From NCBI GenBank assembly GCA_027624045.1, contig JAQBUE010000002.1:6339-70338 (forward strand): 64,000 bases of DNA, in the 5' to 3' direction. This document shows positions 49,432 to 58,717 of the stretch, piece after piece (within the stretch, counting starts at the first letter, position 1; each line of letters begins with the position of its first letter). The position numbers and the translations under genes are program-made. The stretch is from Acidobacteriota bacterium (GTDB taxonomy: Bacteria; Acidobacteriota; Terriglobia; Bryobacterales; UBA6623). The notes below the pieces were generated by a model that did not search any database, was not told the origin of the DNA, and saw only the letters and a program-made list of their open reading frames with translations.

Positions 49432-51906
49432 ATGGAGTTCGCTATGTCACGGAAACGACTTTTCACCGCGAGTTTCGGTTTGTGGCTGATGGCAGCGGTC
49501 AGCGCGGTTGGGCTGGGTGCCGAGTTGCAACCGGTAAAGCTCGTCGTTGAGCCCTCGTCTTTGAGTTTGACGACGGCGGAACAGGGACGCCGCGTTCTGG
49601 TGACAGGTGTGACGGCGGATGGCGAGACGTTCGACTTGACGAACGAGGCGCGTTTCGAGGCCACCGGCGAGTCGGTTCGAGCGGCGGAAGACGGATACCT
49701 TCACGGTGTTTCCCAAGGCACGAGTACCCTGCGGGTTTCGGCGCGCGGCCAATCGGCCGAGTTGCCTGTGAAGGTGGGCGGCGAACCTTCGGTCGACCGT
49801 AAGATCAGTTTCCTGCGCGACATCATGCCGGTCTTAAACAAACAGGGCTGCACGTCAGGCCCGTGCCACGGATCGGCGAAAGGCAAGAACGGCTTCAAGC
49901 TTTCGCTGCGGGGATACGACCCGAATTTCGATTACCGCGCTCTGCTCTATGACGTTTCCGGGCGTCGTTTCAACCGCGCCGACCCGGCCCAAAGCCTGAT
50001 GCTCGCAAAGCCCGCACAGGCCGTACCGCACGAGGGCGGACTGCGAATCGAAAAAGGCTCGCGCTACTACAACACGATTCTTAAGTGGATCTCCGAGGGC
50101 ACGCCCTTCGGCGACGAAGCCACGGACTCGGTCGCGAAGCTCGAAGTCATACCGGCGGACGTTTTCATGGGACGTCCCGGTATGAAGCAGCAGATGCTCG
50201 TCGTCGCGCACTACGGTGACGGCTCCGTGCGAGACGTTACACGTGAAGCCGTGGTCGCGAGCAGTCAGGAAACAACCGCCAAGATCGTCGATGGTTCCGT
50301 CGTCGAGGGCGAACGCATCGGCGAGGCGACGCTGATGGTGCGCTACGAAGGCAAGTTCGTGATTGTGCCGGTTACGATTCTCAATCCCGCCCCGGGCTTT
50401 GAGTGGAAGCAGCTCTCGCAGCACAACTATATTGACGAACACATCGACGCCAAGTTGAAACGCTTGAAGATCCAGCCATCCGAGGTTGCCGATGACGGCA
50501 CGTTCGTGCGCCGGGTCTATCTCGACTTGATCGGGATACCGCCCACACCCGAGCAAGCCCGCGACTTTATCGAAGACCCCGAGAAATCACGCCTCAAACG
50601 AATCCGCCTGATCGACGAGTTGATGAAGCGCACCGAGTTCGTCGACCATTGGGCGCTGAAGTGGGGCGACCTGCTGCAGTCGAATCGCAAGTACCTTGGC
50701 GAAAAGGGCACCTGGGCGTTTCGGCAGTGGATTCGCGATCAGATCGCAACGAACCGGCCCTATGACGAGGTTGTGCGCGATTTGATCACGTCGAGCGGCA
50801 GTACCTATCAGAACCCGCCGGCCAACTTCTTCCGGGTGAACAAAGACCCGAAGGAGGCGATGGAGAAAACGACACAGTTATTCCTCGGCGTGCGCATGGC
50901 CTGCGCGCAGTGTCATGACCATCCGTTTGAGCGCTGGACACAAAATCAGTACTACCAGCTTGCCGCGTTTTTCGCGTCGGTCGGGGTAAAGCCGGGGTTC
51001 GACAGCGACGAAGAGATCGTTTACCTCAAGCGCAGCGACAACACGGTCAAGCATCCCAAGACCGGCAAGGTCGTGGAAGCGGAGTATCTGATTGCGAGCG
51101 CCGGAGCGCCGCCGTTGAACACAGAGGAAGACCGCCGCAAGGCACTAGCCACGTGGCTGACCTCGGATAAGAATCCGTTCTTTGCCAGGGCCATTCCGAA
51201 CCGCCTGTGGAGTTACTTCTTTGGGCGCGGCATTATCGATCCGGTGGATGACATTCGCGCTTCGAACCCGCCTGTCAACGAGGCGCTGCTGCAAGCTCTC
51301 GCGGATGACTTCGTGAAGAATGGCTATGACCTGCAGCACGTCATTCGGACGATTGTGAATTCGCGCGCCTATCAGACCGGCATCGCGGCCAATGAATGGA
51401 ACGCCAAGGACGAGACGAACTTTTCGCGGTTTGTGCCTCGCAGGTTGACGGCTGAGTCGCTGCTCGATGCGATTACGGTGGCGACGGGATCGCGGCCGGA
51501 GTTCGAGGAAGTGCCTCTGGATTTCACGGCGCAACAGTTGCCCGATCCGCACGTTGGCAAGGGCGGGTTCCTCGACATGTTCGGGCGGCCCGAGCGGGAG
51601 TCGGCTTGCGAGTGCGAGCGGCGCAGCGAGATGAGTCTGCCGCAGGCGATGAGTTTGGTCAATGGTCCCACGCTGGCTGAAGCGATCGCTGACCCCGAGG
51701 GCCGTGTGGCGGAGGCGATTCTGGGCGGCAAACCTGATCGCGAGTTGGTGGAGGAGTTGTATCTCGCGGCGCTGAGCCGCCTGCCAACGCCGGGTGAGAT
51801 GGATAAGGCTTTGACGTATCTGCGGCAGGGCACGGGACGCGCCTCGAAGGCCCAGGATCTGCTGTGGGCTTTGGTCAATAGCAACGCGTTCTTATTCAAT
51901 CGCTGA
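49432..51906 (+). CDS. DUF1549/DUF1553 (PSCyt2/PSD1-like) protein with N-terminal Ig-like domain
   Basis: Signal peptide present. CHGSAKGKNGFKLSLRGYDPNFDY is the DUF1549 block and CAQCHDHPFERWTQNQYYQLAAFF is the DUF1553 block. The start could be ATG 49432 or 49444. Confidence 0.85.
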   Translation: MEFAMSRKRLFTASFGLWLMAAVSAVGLGAELQPVKLVVEPSSLSLTTAEQGRRVLVTGVTADGETFDLTNEARFEATGESVRAAEDGYLHGVSQGTSTLRVSARGQSAELPVKVGGEPSVDRKISFLRDIMPVLNKQGCTSGPCHGSAKGKNGFKLSLRGYDPNFDYRALLYDVSGRRFNRADPAQSLMLAKPAQAVPHEGGLRIEKGSRYYNTILKWISEGTPFGDEATDSVAKLEVIPADVFMGRPGMKQQMLVVAHYGDGSVRDVTREAVVASSQETTAKIVDGSVVEGERIGEATLMVRYEGKFVIVPVTILNPAPGFEWKQLSQHNYIDEHIDAKLKRLKIQPSEVADDGTFVRRVYLDLIGIPPTPEQARDFIEDPEKSRLKRIRLIDELMKRTEFVDHWALKWGDLLQSNRKYLGEKGTWAFRQWIRDQIATNRPYDEVVRDLITSSGSTYQNPPANFFRVNKDPKEAMEKTTQLFLGVRMACAQCHDHPFERWTQNQYYQLAAFFASVGVKPGFDSDEEIVYLKRSDNTVKHPKTGKVVEAEYLIASAGAPPLNTEEDRRKALATWLTSDKNPFFARAIPNRLWSYFFGRGIIDPVDDIRASNPPVNEALLQALADDFVKNGYDLQHVIRTIVNSRAYQTGIAANEWNAKDETNFSRFVPRRLTAESLLDAITVATGSRPEFEEVPLDFTAQQLPDPHVGKGGFLDMFGRPERESACECERRSEMSLPQAMSLVNGPTLAEAIADPEGRVAEAILGGKPDRELVEELYLAALSRLPTPGEMDKALTYLRQGTGRASKAQDLLWALVNSNAFLFNR

Positions 51907-51964
51907 TCGCGGAAGTGGTGGAAGAACAGTCCCCATTTTCCGCATTGCTGATTGCTGGGTGAGT

Positions 51965-54391
51965 ATGACGACTCGACTCCTTTGCCTGATTATTCTTGTG
52001 CAATGGGCGCTGCAGGCCGCCGCGCCGGCGCTGCTCCGGATCGAGCCTCGCGGCGGACAACGCGGCCAGGCGGTGAAGCTGACTTTAGTCGGCCGCGGGC
52101 TGGATGAGAATGCCTCGATCGAGACAAAGATTCCCGGTGCCGTGACGGCGCTCTCACCGCCCAAGAGCTCGATGGCGCGCGGACGCGAGTTGCCGTTTCT
52201 CGTCGAAATCTCCCCCGAAGCAGCGCTCGGTGTTTATCCGGTTCGTGTTCAATCGCCCGACGGGTTGTCGAATGTTCTGCTGTTCACGGTGGGCGCGTTC
52301 CCTGAGGTTGCAGAGCGCGAGGCCGAGCTGATGGAGCCCAAGCCGGCGAATGATTCCGCCGCGAACGCTCAGCCGATTGAGACGCCGGTGATCGTGAACG
52401 GGACGCTTTATGGTCCTGACCGCGATTACTTTTCATTCCAGGCCGGCAAGGGCGAGCGGCTCGTGATCGAGGTCGAAGCGCGCCGTATCGGTTCCGCCGT
52501 CGATCCGCTGATCGAGGTGCTAGACGCGGCGGGCCGCAGGCTGACCTGGAACGACGATGCGCCGGGGATCGGCATCGATGCGCGTGTCGATGTCAGCTTT
52601 CCTGAGCAAGGGACGTACTTTGTCGCCCTGCGCGATTCGAAGTTCAGCGAACAGGAACAGGACTACTACCGCCTGAAGATCGGCAAGTACGCCTATGCGG
52701 AAGGCCTCTATCCATTGGGCTGGCAGCGCAGCGGAGAGACGGAAGTTGAGTTTGTCGGCGGCAATCTCGGCGAGGCGATTCGGGTGCGTCCGGATCTGGC
52801 GACTGAGCAGCTCGCAGCCGAGTTCGCCATGCTGCACCTACCGGGCGAGGCCGGAGCGCTGCCCATGCCGTTCGCGTTGAGTGGCGAGCGGGAAACCTTG
52901 GAATCACCCGGACAGAAGAACACACTCGAGCCTCAGTCCTGGATGAACGGCCGCATCGCGAAGCCGGGCGAGATCGATACCTACGTCTTGAAGGTGAAGC
53001 CGCAAGAGCATTGGTATGTCGAACTGCATGCCACCACTCTTGGCACATCGCGGCTCTATGGCGTCCTGACAGTTCGCGAGCCCGGCGGTGAGCGGATTGC
53101 TTCGACTCGCAGCTTGAGCGCAGAGGAGAAGCTCTCGAACCTCGACGTTTCCGAAGATACGGGCATCGACCAGTTCGTATCGTTCCAAGCAGGGGAAGCA
53201 GCCAAGGAAGGGCACGGCGAAATCCACATTGAAGTCGAAGACCTGCTCGGCCGCGGCGCGCCTGACTTCGGCTATCGAATCGTGGCGCGGCGTCAGAGCG
53301 GCGATTTCACGCTGACTCTGCGAACACATGAAGTGAACGTCCCCGCGAGCGGAACCGGGCTGGTCGTCGTCAACGCCGAGCGTCGCGGTTATGACGGTCC
53401 GATCCGCTTGTTCGTGCCCGAGATCCCCGAAGGATTAGTCGCCGAGGGTGGCAACATGCCGCTCTACGAGATCGCGGGCAGCACGCGGCAAGGGTCTTCG
53501 GCACTACTGACGCTGACCCACAAGCCGGGCGCGGAACTACGGAATGCGAGCCTTCAAATTTGGGGCGAAGCCGAGATGGGCGGGCAGCTCGTGCGGCGCA
53601 GAGCACGCGGCCCGGGGCTGGAAGTGAATGTTCAGAGTGAGAACGAGATCCAACGCTTAAACCGCGGCTTCAGCAGCGCGAACGTCGCCCCGTGGCTCGG
53701 CGCGGACTTGCCGCTTCGGATCGTGCCGGAAGCGCCGGCGGCCATTGAAGTCAGCACGTCGCGCTACATGCGTGTGATTCCGGGCTTGAAGTACGAGCTC
53801 GATTGGAAGCTCACAAGCCGCGACGAAGACATCAGCCCGCCGAAAAATATGGGCGTCAATAAGACGCCCAACGTGCGAACCTTCAACCGCTCCCGCAAGG
53901 AAGACCAAGGCAAGGCGCAGGGGACACTTGATGTCGGCAGCCAGCTCAGTTGGGGGCCCGGTAAGTACGAAATGGTTCTCACCGCCCGGGTCGATGTCGA
54001 CGGCCAAAGGGAGACGATCTACGCCCCGGCGATAACGGTCGATGTGATTCGTGCTTACGAAATCGAGCCGGAAGTCACTTCGATCCGGGCGGGCGCCGAG
54101 ACCGAACTTGTGGCGCAGCTCAAGCGCGAACCGGGCTTCGAGTCCCCGGTAGAGATCAAGGCCGAAAACCTGCCCTTGGATGTCGAATGTGAAACGGTGA
54201 CCGTCGCGCCTGACACCTCCGCCATGAGCGTCCCATGCAGGGCGGGCGCGAAGGTCGAGCCGGGCGAATACGAAATTGATCTCGCGTCTTCCTCGGTCGT
54301 GATCGGCGACGACCAACGTGAGATCCCCATCACCCGCCCGCCGGTCAAAGCCACGCTTCGGGTTGTTCGAGCCGCCTTGGCCGCCCGTTGA
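51965..54391 (+). CDS. secreted ~800-aa protein with two PPC-like modules, paralog 2
   Basis: Collinear similarity to 47033-49426. Examples: VIEVEARRIGSAVDPLIEVLDAAG, FSEQEQDYYRLKIGKYAYAEGLYPLGWQR and LLGRGAPDFGYRIVARRQSGDFTLTL. Confidence 0.7.
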   Translation: MTTRLLCLIILVQWALQAAAPALLRIEPRGGQRGQAVKLTLVGRGLDENASIETKIPGAVTALSPPKSSMARGRELPFLVEISPEAALGVYPVRVQSPDGLSNVLLFTVGAFPEVAEREAELMEPKPANDSAANAQPIETPVIVNGTLYGPDRDYFSFQAGKGERLVIEVEARRIGSAVDPLIEVLDAAGRRLTWNDDAPGIGIDARVDVSFPEQGTYFVALRDSKFSEQEQDYYRLKIGKYAYAEGLYPLGWQRSGETEVEFVGGNLGEAIRVRPDLATEQLAAEFAMLHLPGEAGALPMPFALSGERETLESPGQKNTLEPQSWMNGRIAKPGEIDTYVLKVKPQEHWYVELHATTLGTSRLYGVLTVREPGGERIASTRSLSAEEKLSNLDVSEDTGIDQFVSFQAGEAAKEGHGEIHIEVEDLLGRGAPDFGYRIVARRQSGDFTLTLRTHEVNVPASGTGLVVVNAERRGYDGPIRLFVPEIPEGLVAEGGNMPLYEIAGSTRQGSSALLTLTHKPGAELRNASLQIWGEAEMGGQLVRRRARGPGLEVNVQSENEIQRLNRGFSSANVAPWLGADLPLRIVPEAPAAIEVSTSRYMRVIPGLKYELDWKLTSRDEDISPPKNMGVNKTPNVRTFNRSRKEDQGKAQGTLDVGSQLSWGPGKYEMVLTARVDVDGQRETIYAPAITVDVIRAYEIEPEVTSIRAGAETELVAQLKREPGFESPVEIKAENLPLDVECETVTVAPDTSAMSVPCRAGAKVEPGEYEIDLASSSVVIGDDQREIPITRPPVKATLRVVRAALAAR

Positions 54392-54423
54392 AGCTTTAAC
54401 AAACTAGCCTGCACGAAGCTCGG

Positions 54424-55653
54424 CTATTGCCGCCCGGGCTGAGCCCTAAGCCGCGCTTCAACCAGGGCCGCTTCCTGGGTCCGTCCTTGGCCGCGCAGCA
54501 CATCAAGATAAGTCGCCAGGACGACCGCTAGACCGGTGTTTTCCGGCCCGGCGATGGAGTCGAGAATCGCCAAGGAGCGCTCGATAAGGGGCGCCGCATC
54601 GGCGTAGCGTTGCTGGTCGCGATAAAGAGCCGCCAAGTTATGCAGGGCTGTCGCGGTTTCGGGATGATCGAGGCCGACAGCCTGCTCCCAAACGGCCACG
54701 GCTTCGCGGTACAGCTCTTCCGCGTCCGCGAACTGATGTTGAACGCGATAAACCTCCGCCAGATTATTGAGGTCGGTAGCGCGAGCGGCGGGGTCGGAAT
54801 TATCGCTGCCTTTACGAAGTTCTAGGGCTTGCTCGAGAAGGCGTTCCGCCTCGGCCATTTGAAAGCGACCCCGATAGACGGCGGAAAGATTGCTGCAACT
54901 CTGGGCCATCCTGGCATCGGCAGGGTCGAGGACGCGGCTCCGCACGGCCAGGGCTTGCTCGAGCACAGGAGCGGCACGCTCGGGCCGGCCGCCGGCGTTG
55001 TGGATGACTCCCAGGTCGCTCAGTAGATCGGCGTACTCGGCGTTATCGGTGCCGAGGTGGGCCTTCGTGATCTCGGCGGCGCGGGCTAGCGCGGCTGCGG
55101 CCTCTTCCAGTTGTGCCGCGCTGAAGTAGGCCTTCGAAAGCTGAATCAGGGGCTCGCGGAGAGCTTCATTCCCGGCCCCCAGCGCTTTCTCTCGGATCTC
55201 GACAATCCGCTTATAAAGCGGGACAGCATCGGTGGTTTTACCTCGAATCCGCTGCAGCTCAGCAAGATTTTCTAGGAGTGTCGCCAGCTCCGGATGGAAC
55301 GGGCCAAGACTGCCCTCCAAGATCTTCGCCGCGCGCCAATAGAGCGGTTCGGCCAGATGAAACTGGCGCTGGGCGTAGTACAGCAGACCGAGGCTGTTCA
55401 GAGACGCCGCCACACGCGGGTCCTGCAGTCCGAACCGCTCGGCTGCCTTGAGAGCCGCGACGTAGGAATCTTCCGCTTCGCTGTACTTTCGTTCGGCGAG
55501 ATGCTGGTCGCCTACTTCACGGAGTTGCCGCCACACTTCGGTCTGCGCGAAGCTTGTTGGTGCGGCGCCCGTCGCGGCGAGAGCAAGAGCCACGACGGTG
55601 AGAAGAGAACTGATTAGAGGGTTTCTCAACAAGGTTCTCAAAAGCTTTCTCAA
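54424..55653 (-). CDS. secreted tetratricopeptide-repeat protein
   Basis: A signal-like N-terminus is followed by about 8 repeats of the A..L.NLA.LY..QG.Y..AE.LY..AL type (TPR_10/12-like). TTG start. Confidence 0.8.
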   Translation of the reverse strand: MRKLLRTLLRNPLISSLLTVVALALAATGAAPTSFAQTEVWRQLREVGDQHLAERKYSEAEDSYVAALKAAERFGLQDPRVAASLNSLGLLYYAQRQFHLAEPLYWRAAKILEGSLGPFHPELATLLENLAELQRIRGKTTDAVPLYKRIVEIREKALGAGNEALREPLIQLSKAYFSAAQLEEAAAALARAAEITKAHLGTDNAEYADLLSDLGVIHNAGGRPERAAPVLEQALAVRSRVLDPADARMAQSCSNLSAVYRGRFQMAEAERLLEQALELRKGSDNSDPAARATDLNNLAEVYRVQHQFADAEELYREAVAVWEQAVGLDHPETATALHNLAALYRDQQRYADAAPLIERSLAILDSIAGPENTGLAVVLATYLDVLRGQGRTQEAALVEARLRAQPGRQ

Positions 55654-55691
55654 CCACAGACCCCGCGATCGTAATACACTTTGACCTAAAG

Positions 55692-56879
55692 ATGTTTTAT
55701 CAGATCCGTCTCGTACTCAGTGCATGCCTGCTCGCGGCCGCGGCGCAGGCCCAGGCTCCGCCGCCCGCGGTTCACGTTCCAGCCGGCTCTTTCCTGATGG
55801 GGTCCGCCGAGGGTGCGACCTGGGAAAAGCCCGTCCACGAGATTCATGTTTCTGAGTTTGAAATTAGTAAACGCCCAGTGACTTTGAGCGAGTACCGCGC
55901 GTTCCGGCCGTCACATCCCGCACAGACCGGACTTTCCGCGAACGCCGATGCCGCGTCGAGCCCCGTTACGGGCGTGAGCTGGGACGACGCGCAGGCCTAT
56001 TGCCAGTGGCTCGCTACGCGCACCGGCGGCCGCTATCGGCTGCCGACCGAGGCCGAGTGGGAAAAGGCCGTTCGAGGTGGCCTCGACGGCAAGAAATACC
56101 CCTGGGGTGATGACCCGCCGGTTCCTGAAGACAAAGCTAACGACGCCGGCCACCGGATTCCCGAGCGCGCCAACCCGTGGGGAATCGTCGCCGGCGTTTA
56201 TAACCTTTGGGAGTGGGTGGCCGACGGCTATTCGGCAGACTACTACCGCGACTCGCCGGCCCGCGACCCGCAAGGGCCCGAGAATGTGCGCTACCGCGTC
56301 CTGCGGGGCGGCGGGTATCGCAGTGACCCGAACAGCATGCGCTGTGCGAACCGCGGCAGCGCGCGGCCCGCGACGGCGTCGGATGTGATCACATTTCGCG
56401 TCGCCCGTGGTGATGCTCCGACCCCGCCGACTGTCAGCGAGGCGCCGCCCGCCACTGAACCAAAGCCCGCGCCGCAGGCAGCCCGTGTCCAGGCGCAGCC
56501 CGCGGCGGCTCCAGTGCCAACTCCAGCGCCGACACGAACGGGGGCGGCTGATGCGGTTTCGGTCAACGGGATCTCGGTCGAGAGCGACTCCTCCCAAGTG
56601 ACGGTCACGATTCGCACAAGTGGCGCACCTAAATACAAGACGATGGCGCTGAGCGGTCCCGATCGTCTGGTGATCGATATTGCGGGCGGCACGATGAGCG
56701 CTCCGCGCGCTCAGCAGCGTATCGATGTCGCCGCGCTCGGCGTCAGCCGCGTGCGCGCTGCACAGTTCAAGAACGACCCGCCCATCGCGAGAATCGTCGT
56801 CGACATGGATGCGAAGCTCGACTCCGACATTGCTGTCGAAGACAACAGTCTCGTCGTGCGGCTGCGGCCGAAACAGTAG
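55692..56879 (+). CDS. formylglycine-generating-enzyme-family (SUMF1/PvdO-like) domain fused to a C-terminal AMIN domain
   Basis: Signal peptide, then VTGVSWDDAQAYCQWL, YNLWEWVADGY and RVLRGGGYRSDPNSMRCANR (FGE-sulfatase fold), then a Pro/Ala linker. The tail VTVTIRTSGAPKYKTMALSGPDRLVIDIAGG...RVRAAQFKNDPPIARIVVDM is AMIN-like. Confidence 0.8.
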   Translation: MFYQIRLVLSACLLAAAAQAQAPPPAVHVPAGSFLMGSAEGATWEKPVHEIHVSEFEISKRPVTLSEYRAFRPSHPAQTGLSANADAASSPVTGVSWDDAQAYCQWLATRTGGRYRLPTEAEWEKAVRGGLDGKKYPWGDDPPVPEDKANDAGHRIPERANPWGIVAGVYNLWEWVADGYSADYYRDSPARDPQGPENVRYRVLRGGGYRSDPNSMRCANRGSARPATASDVITFRVARGDAPTPPTVSEAPPATEPKPAPQAARVQAQPAAAPVPTPAPTRTGAADAVSVNGISVESDSSQVTVTIRTSGAPKYKTMALSGPDRLVIDIAGGTMSAPRAQQRIDVAALGVSRVRAAQFKNDPPIARIVVDMDAKLDSDIAVEDNSLVVRLRPKQ

Positions 56880-56929
56880 CGCCCTTCTCGGCGCGCCGGC
56901 CGCCCGCGCTATGGCTTGATACGTCGAGG

Positions 56930-58255
56930 TTGCCGCCGATTCACGAAGATTCAGCGACGATGACAACAGCGATGACAACAGCGATGACTACGACCATAAC
57001 GATCACGCGACTCCTTCTGGCCTGGCTGTTGGGCGCCATGCTGCTGTCCGCCGGGCAGAATCGCCTGCTTGTCATTTCTATCGACGGCCTGGACCACCGT
57101 TGGCTGCGCGATTGCGACAGCCTTGGCCTGCGCATCCCCCATTTGCGAAAGCTCATGGATGAGGGCATGCTGGCCGATGGCGTGACCGGTATTGTCCCGA
57201 CTGTGACGTGGCCGTCGCACACGACGATGATCACGGGACTGACCGGGCCCGAGCATGGCATCGTTTCGAACAACCAGCCGGGCAAACCGGGACAGCGCTG
57301 GTGGTATGTCCGCTTCCTGAAAGCGAAGACACTTTGGCATCTAGCGCACGAGAAGGGCCTGAAGACGGCTGCCGTGTGGTGGCCTGTCACGGTCGGTGCC
57401 GATATTGACTACAACTTCCCCGATTTTCGGGAAGATCCCTCGGTTCGGCCTGACGCTTTCGCGCCGGTCCTCAAGCACAGCACGCCGGGGCTGGCGGAAG
57501 AGGTTGCGAAAGCGTATCCGTCATTCCTGCGACAAAGCCTCACCGACCGCCAGCGGGTGATCGCGGCACGCTACATCCTGGAACACAAGCAGCCGGAGTT
57601 GTTCCTGCTGCAACTGGCGGAGTTGGATTCCGAGCAGCATGCGACGGGCGCGTTTTCGAAGAACGCGAAAGCTACCCTCGAATACCAGGATGAACTCCTG
57701 GGGCCGCTGCTTGACACGATACCTGAAGGAACTTTTGTTACGGTCGTATCTGACCACGGTTTCGAAACACAAGAGCGCGTCTTCCGGCCGAAGGTTGCAT
57801 TGCAAGAGGCGGGAATTGAGGCCGACGTTCTGGTCGGGGAGGGTATCTTCGCTGTGCGGGGCGGCGCGGATGGCGAGGCCGCTCGTTTCTTCCGTTCTCA
57901 GATTGGCAGGCCAGGCTCGGTGATCGAACGCGAAGTGTCCGTGGGCGAGGTGCTTGGCATGGAGCCGAACTTCAACGGCTGGAGCGCCTTTTTCGAAAAC
58001 ACGTTCGGCGTCTTGCCGCTTGACGACGCCAGCGGCCCGGCGGTCGGTCCCGGCAACGGCGGCGGCAATCACGGACTTTGGCCCACACGGAAGGACTATC
58101 GCGCGGCGTTGCTGGTGTGGGGACCCTGGATCGACTCGGGGAGATTGCCGGAGACATCGATGCTCGACATCGCTCCGACCTTCGCCGATATTCTGGGTCT
58201 CGAGCTGCCCAACCCCCGAGGCAAGTCGCTTTGGAAAAGCATCCGCCGCGAGTAG
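56930..58255 (+). CDS. nucleotide pyrophosphatase/phosphodiesterase (alkaline-phosphatase superfamily, NPP-type)
   Basis: LLVISIDGLDHRWL and PTVTWPSHTTMITG (Thr nucleophile block), plus SDHGF. The start is ambiguous among TTG 56930 and ATGs at 56960, 56972 and 56984. Confidence 0.8.
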   Translation: MPPIHEDSATMTTAMTTAMTTTITITRLLLAWLLGAMLLSAGQNRLLVISIDGLDHRWLRDCDSLGLRIPHLRKLMDEGMLADGVTGIVPTVTWPSHTTMITGLTGPEHGIVSNNQPGKPGQRWWYVRFLKAKTLWHLAHEKGLKTAAVWWPVTVGADIDYNFPDFREDPSVRPDAFAPVLKHSTPGLAEEVAKAYPSFLRQSLTDRQRVIAARYILEHKQPELFLLQLAELDSEQHATGAFSKNAKATLEYQDELLGPLLDTIPEGTFVTVVSDHGFETQERVFRPKVALQEAGIEADVLVGEGIFAVRGGADGEAARFFRSQIGRPGSVIEREVSVGEVLGMEPNFNGWSAFFENTFGVLPLDDASGPAVGPGNGGGNHGLWPTRKDYRAALLVWGPWIDSGRLPETSMLDIAPTFADILGLELPNPRGKSLWKSIRRE

Positions 58256-58300
58256 ACAGGCGGCGGAATCACCTCGGACCCCAAGAAACAAGAAGGTCAC

Positions 58301-58597
58301 GTGCCGGCAACGATCGAAGTCGAAGCAATATCCAGCGGCGAGTACAACGTCGTTGTCAAAGAGTCCGGCGGCGAGACGCGCCACCGCGTTCGAGTCGACC
58401 CCGGCTATGCCCAAAAACTCACGGGTGGGACCGCATCAACGACCGCATCGACCCTGGAGCTGCTGCGGCGGTCGTTCGAATTCCTGCTCGAACGCGAGCC
58501 CAAGGAGTCGATCCTCGGGTCCTTCGATTTGCCCCTGATCGGGCGCTATTTCGCTGAATACGAGAGGGTCATCGCCGATTCGTTCTCGTCTAGGTAG
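58301..58597 (+). CDS. hypothetical small protein
   Basis: 98-aa ORF with coding-like composition. No motif recognised. Confidence 0.4.
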   Translation: MPATIEVEAISSGEYNVVVKESGGETRHRVRVDPGYAQKLTGGTASTTASTLELLRRSFEFLLEREPKESILGSFDLPLIGRYFAEYERVIADSFSSR

Positions 58598-58717
58598 AAG
58601 CTCACGCGCAATTAGGGTTTGCGGCTGAGGCTTGAAATTGCCATACTCAAAGGATCGTAGGATAATCGAAGAGGATCGCGCCACGCCACCTCGTGGGTCG
58701 GCGCGAAGGAGTTCTGT

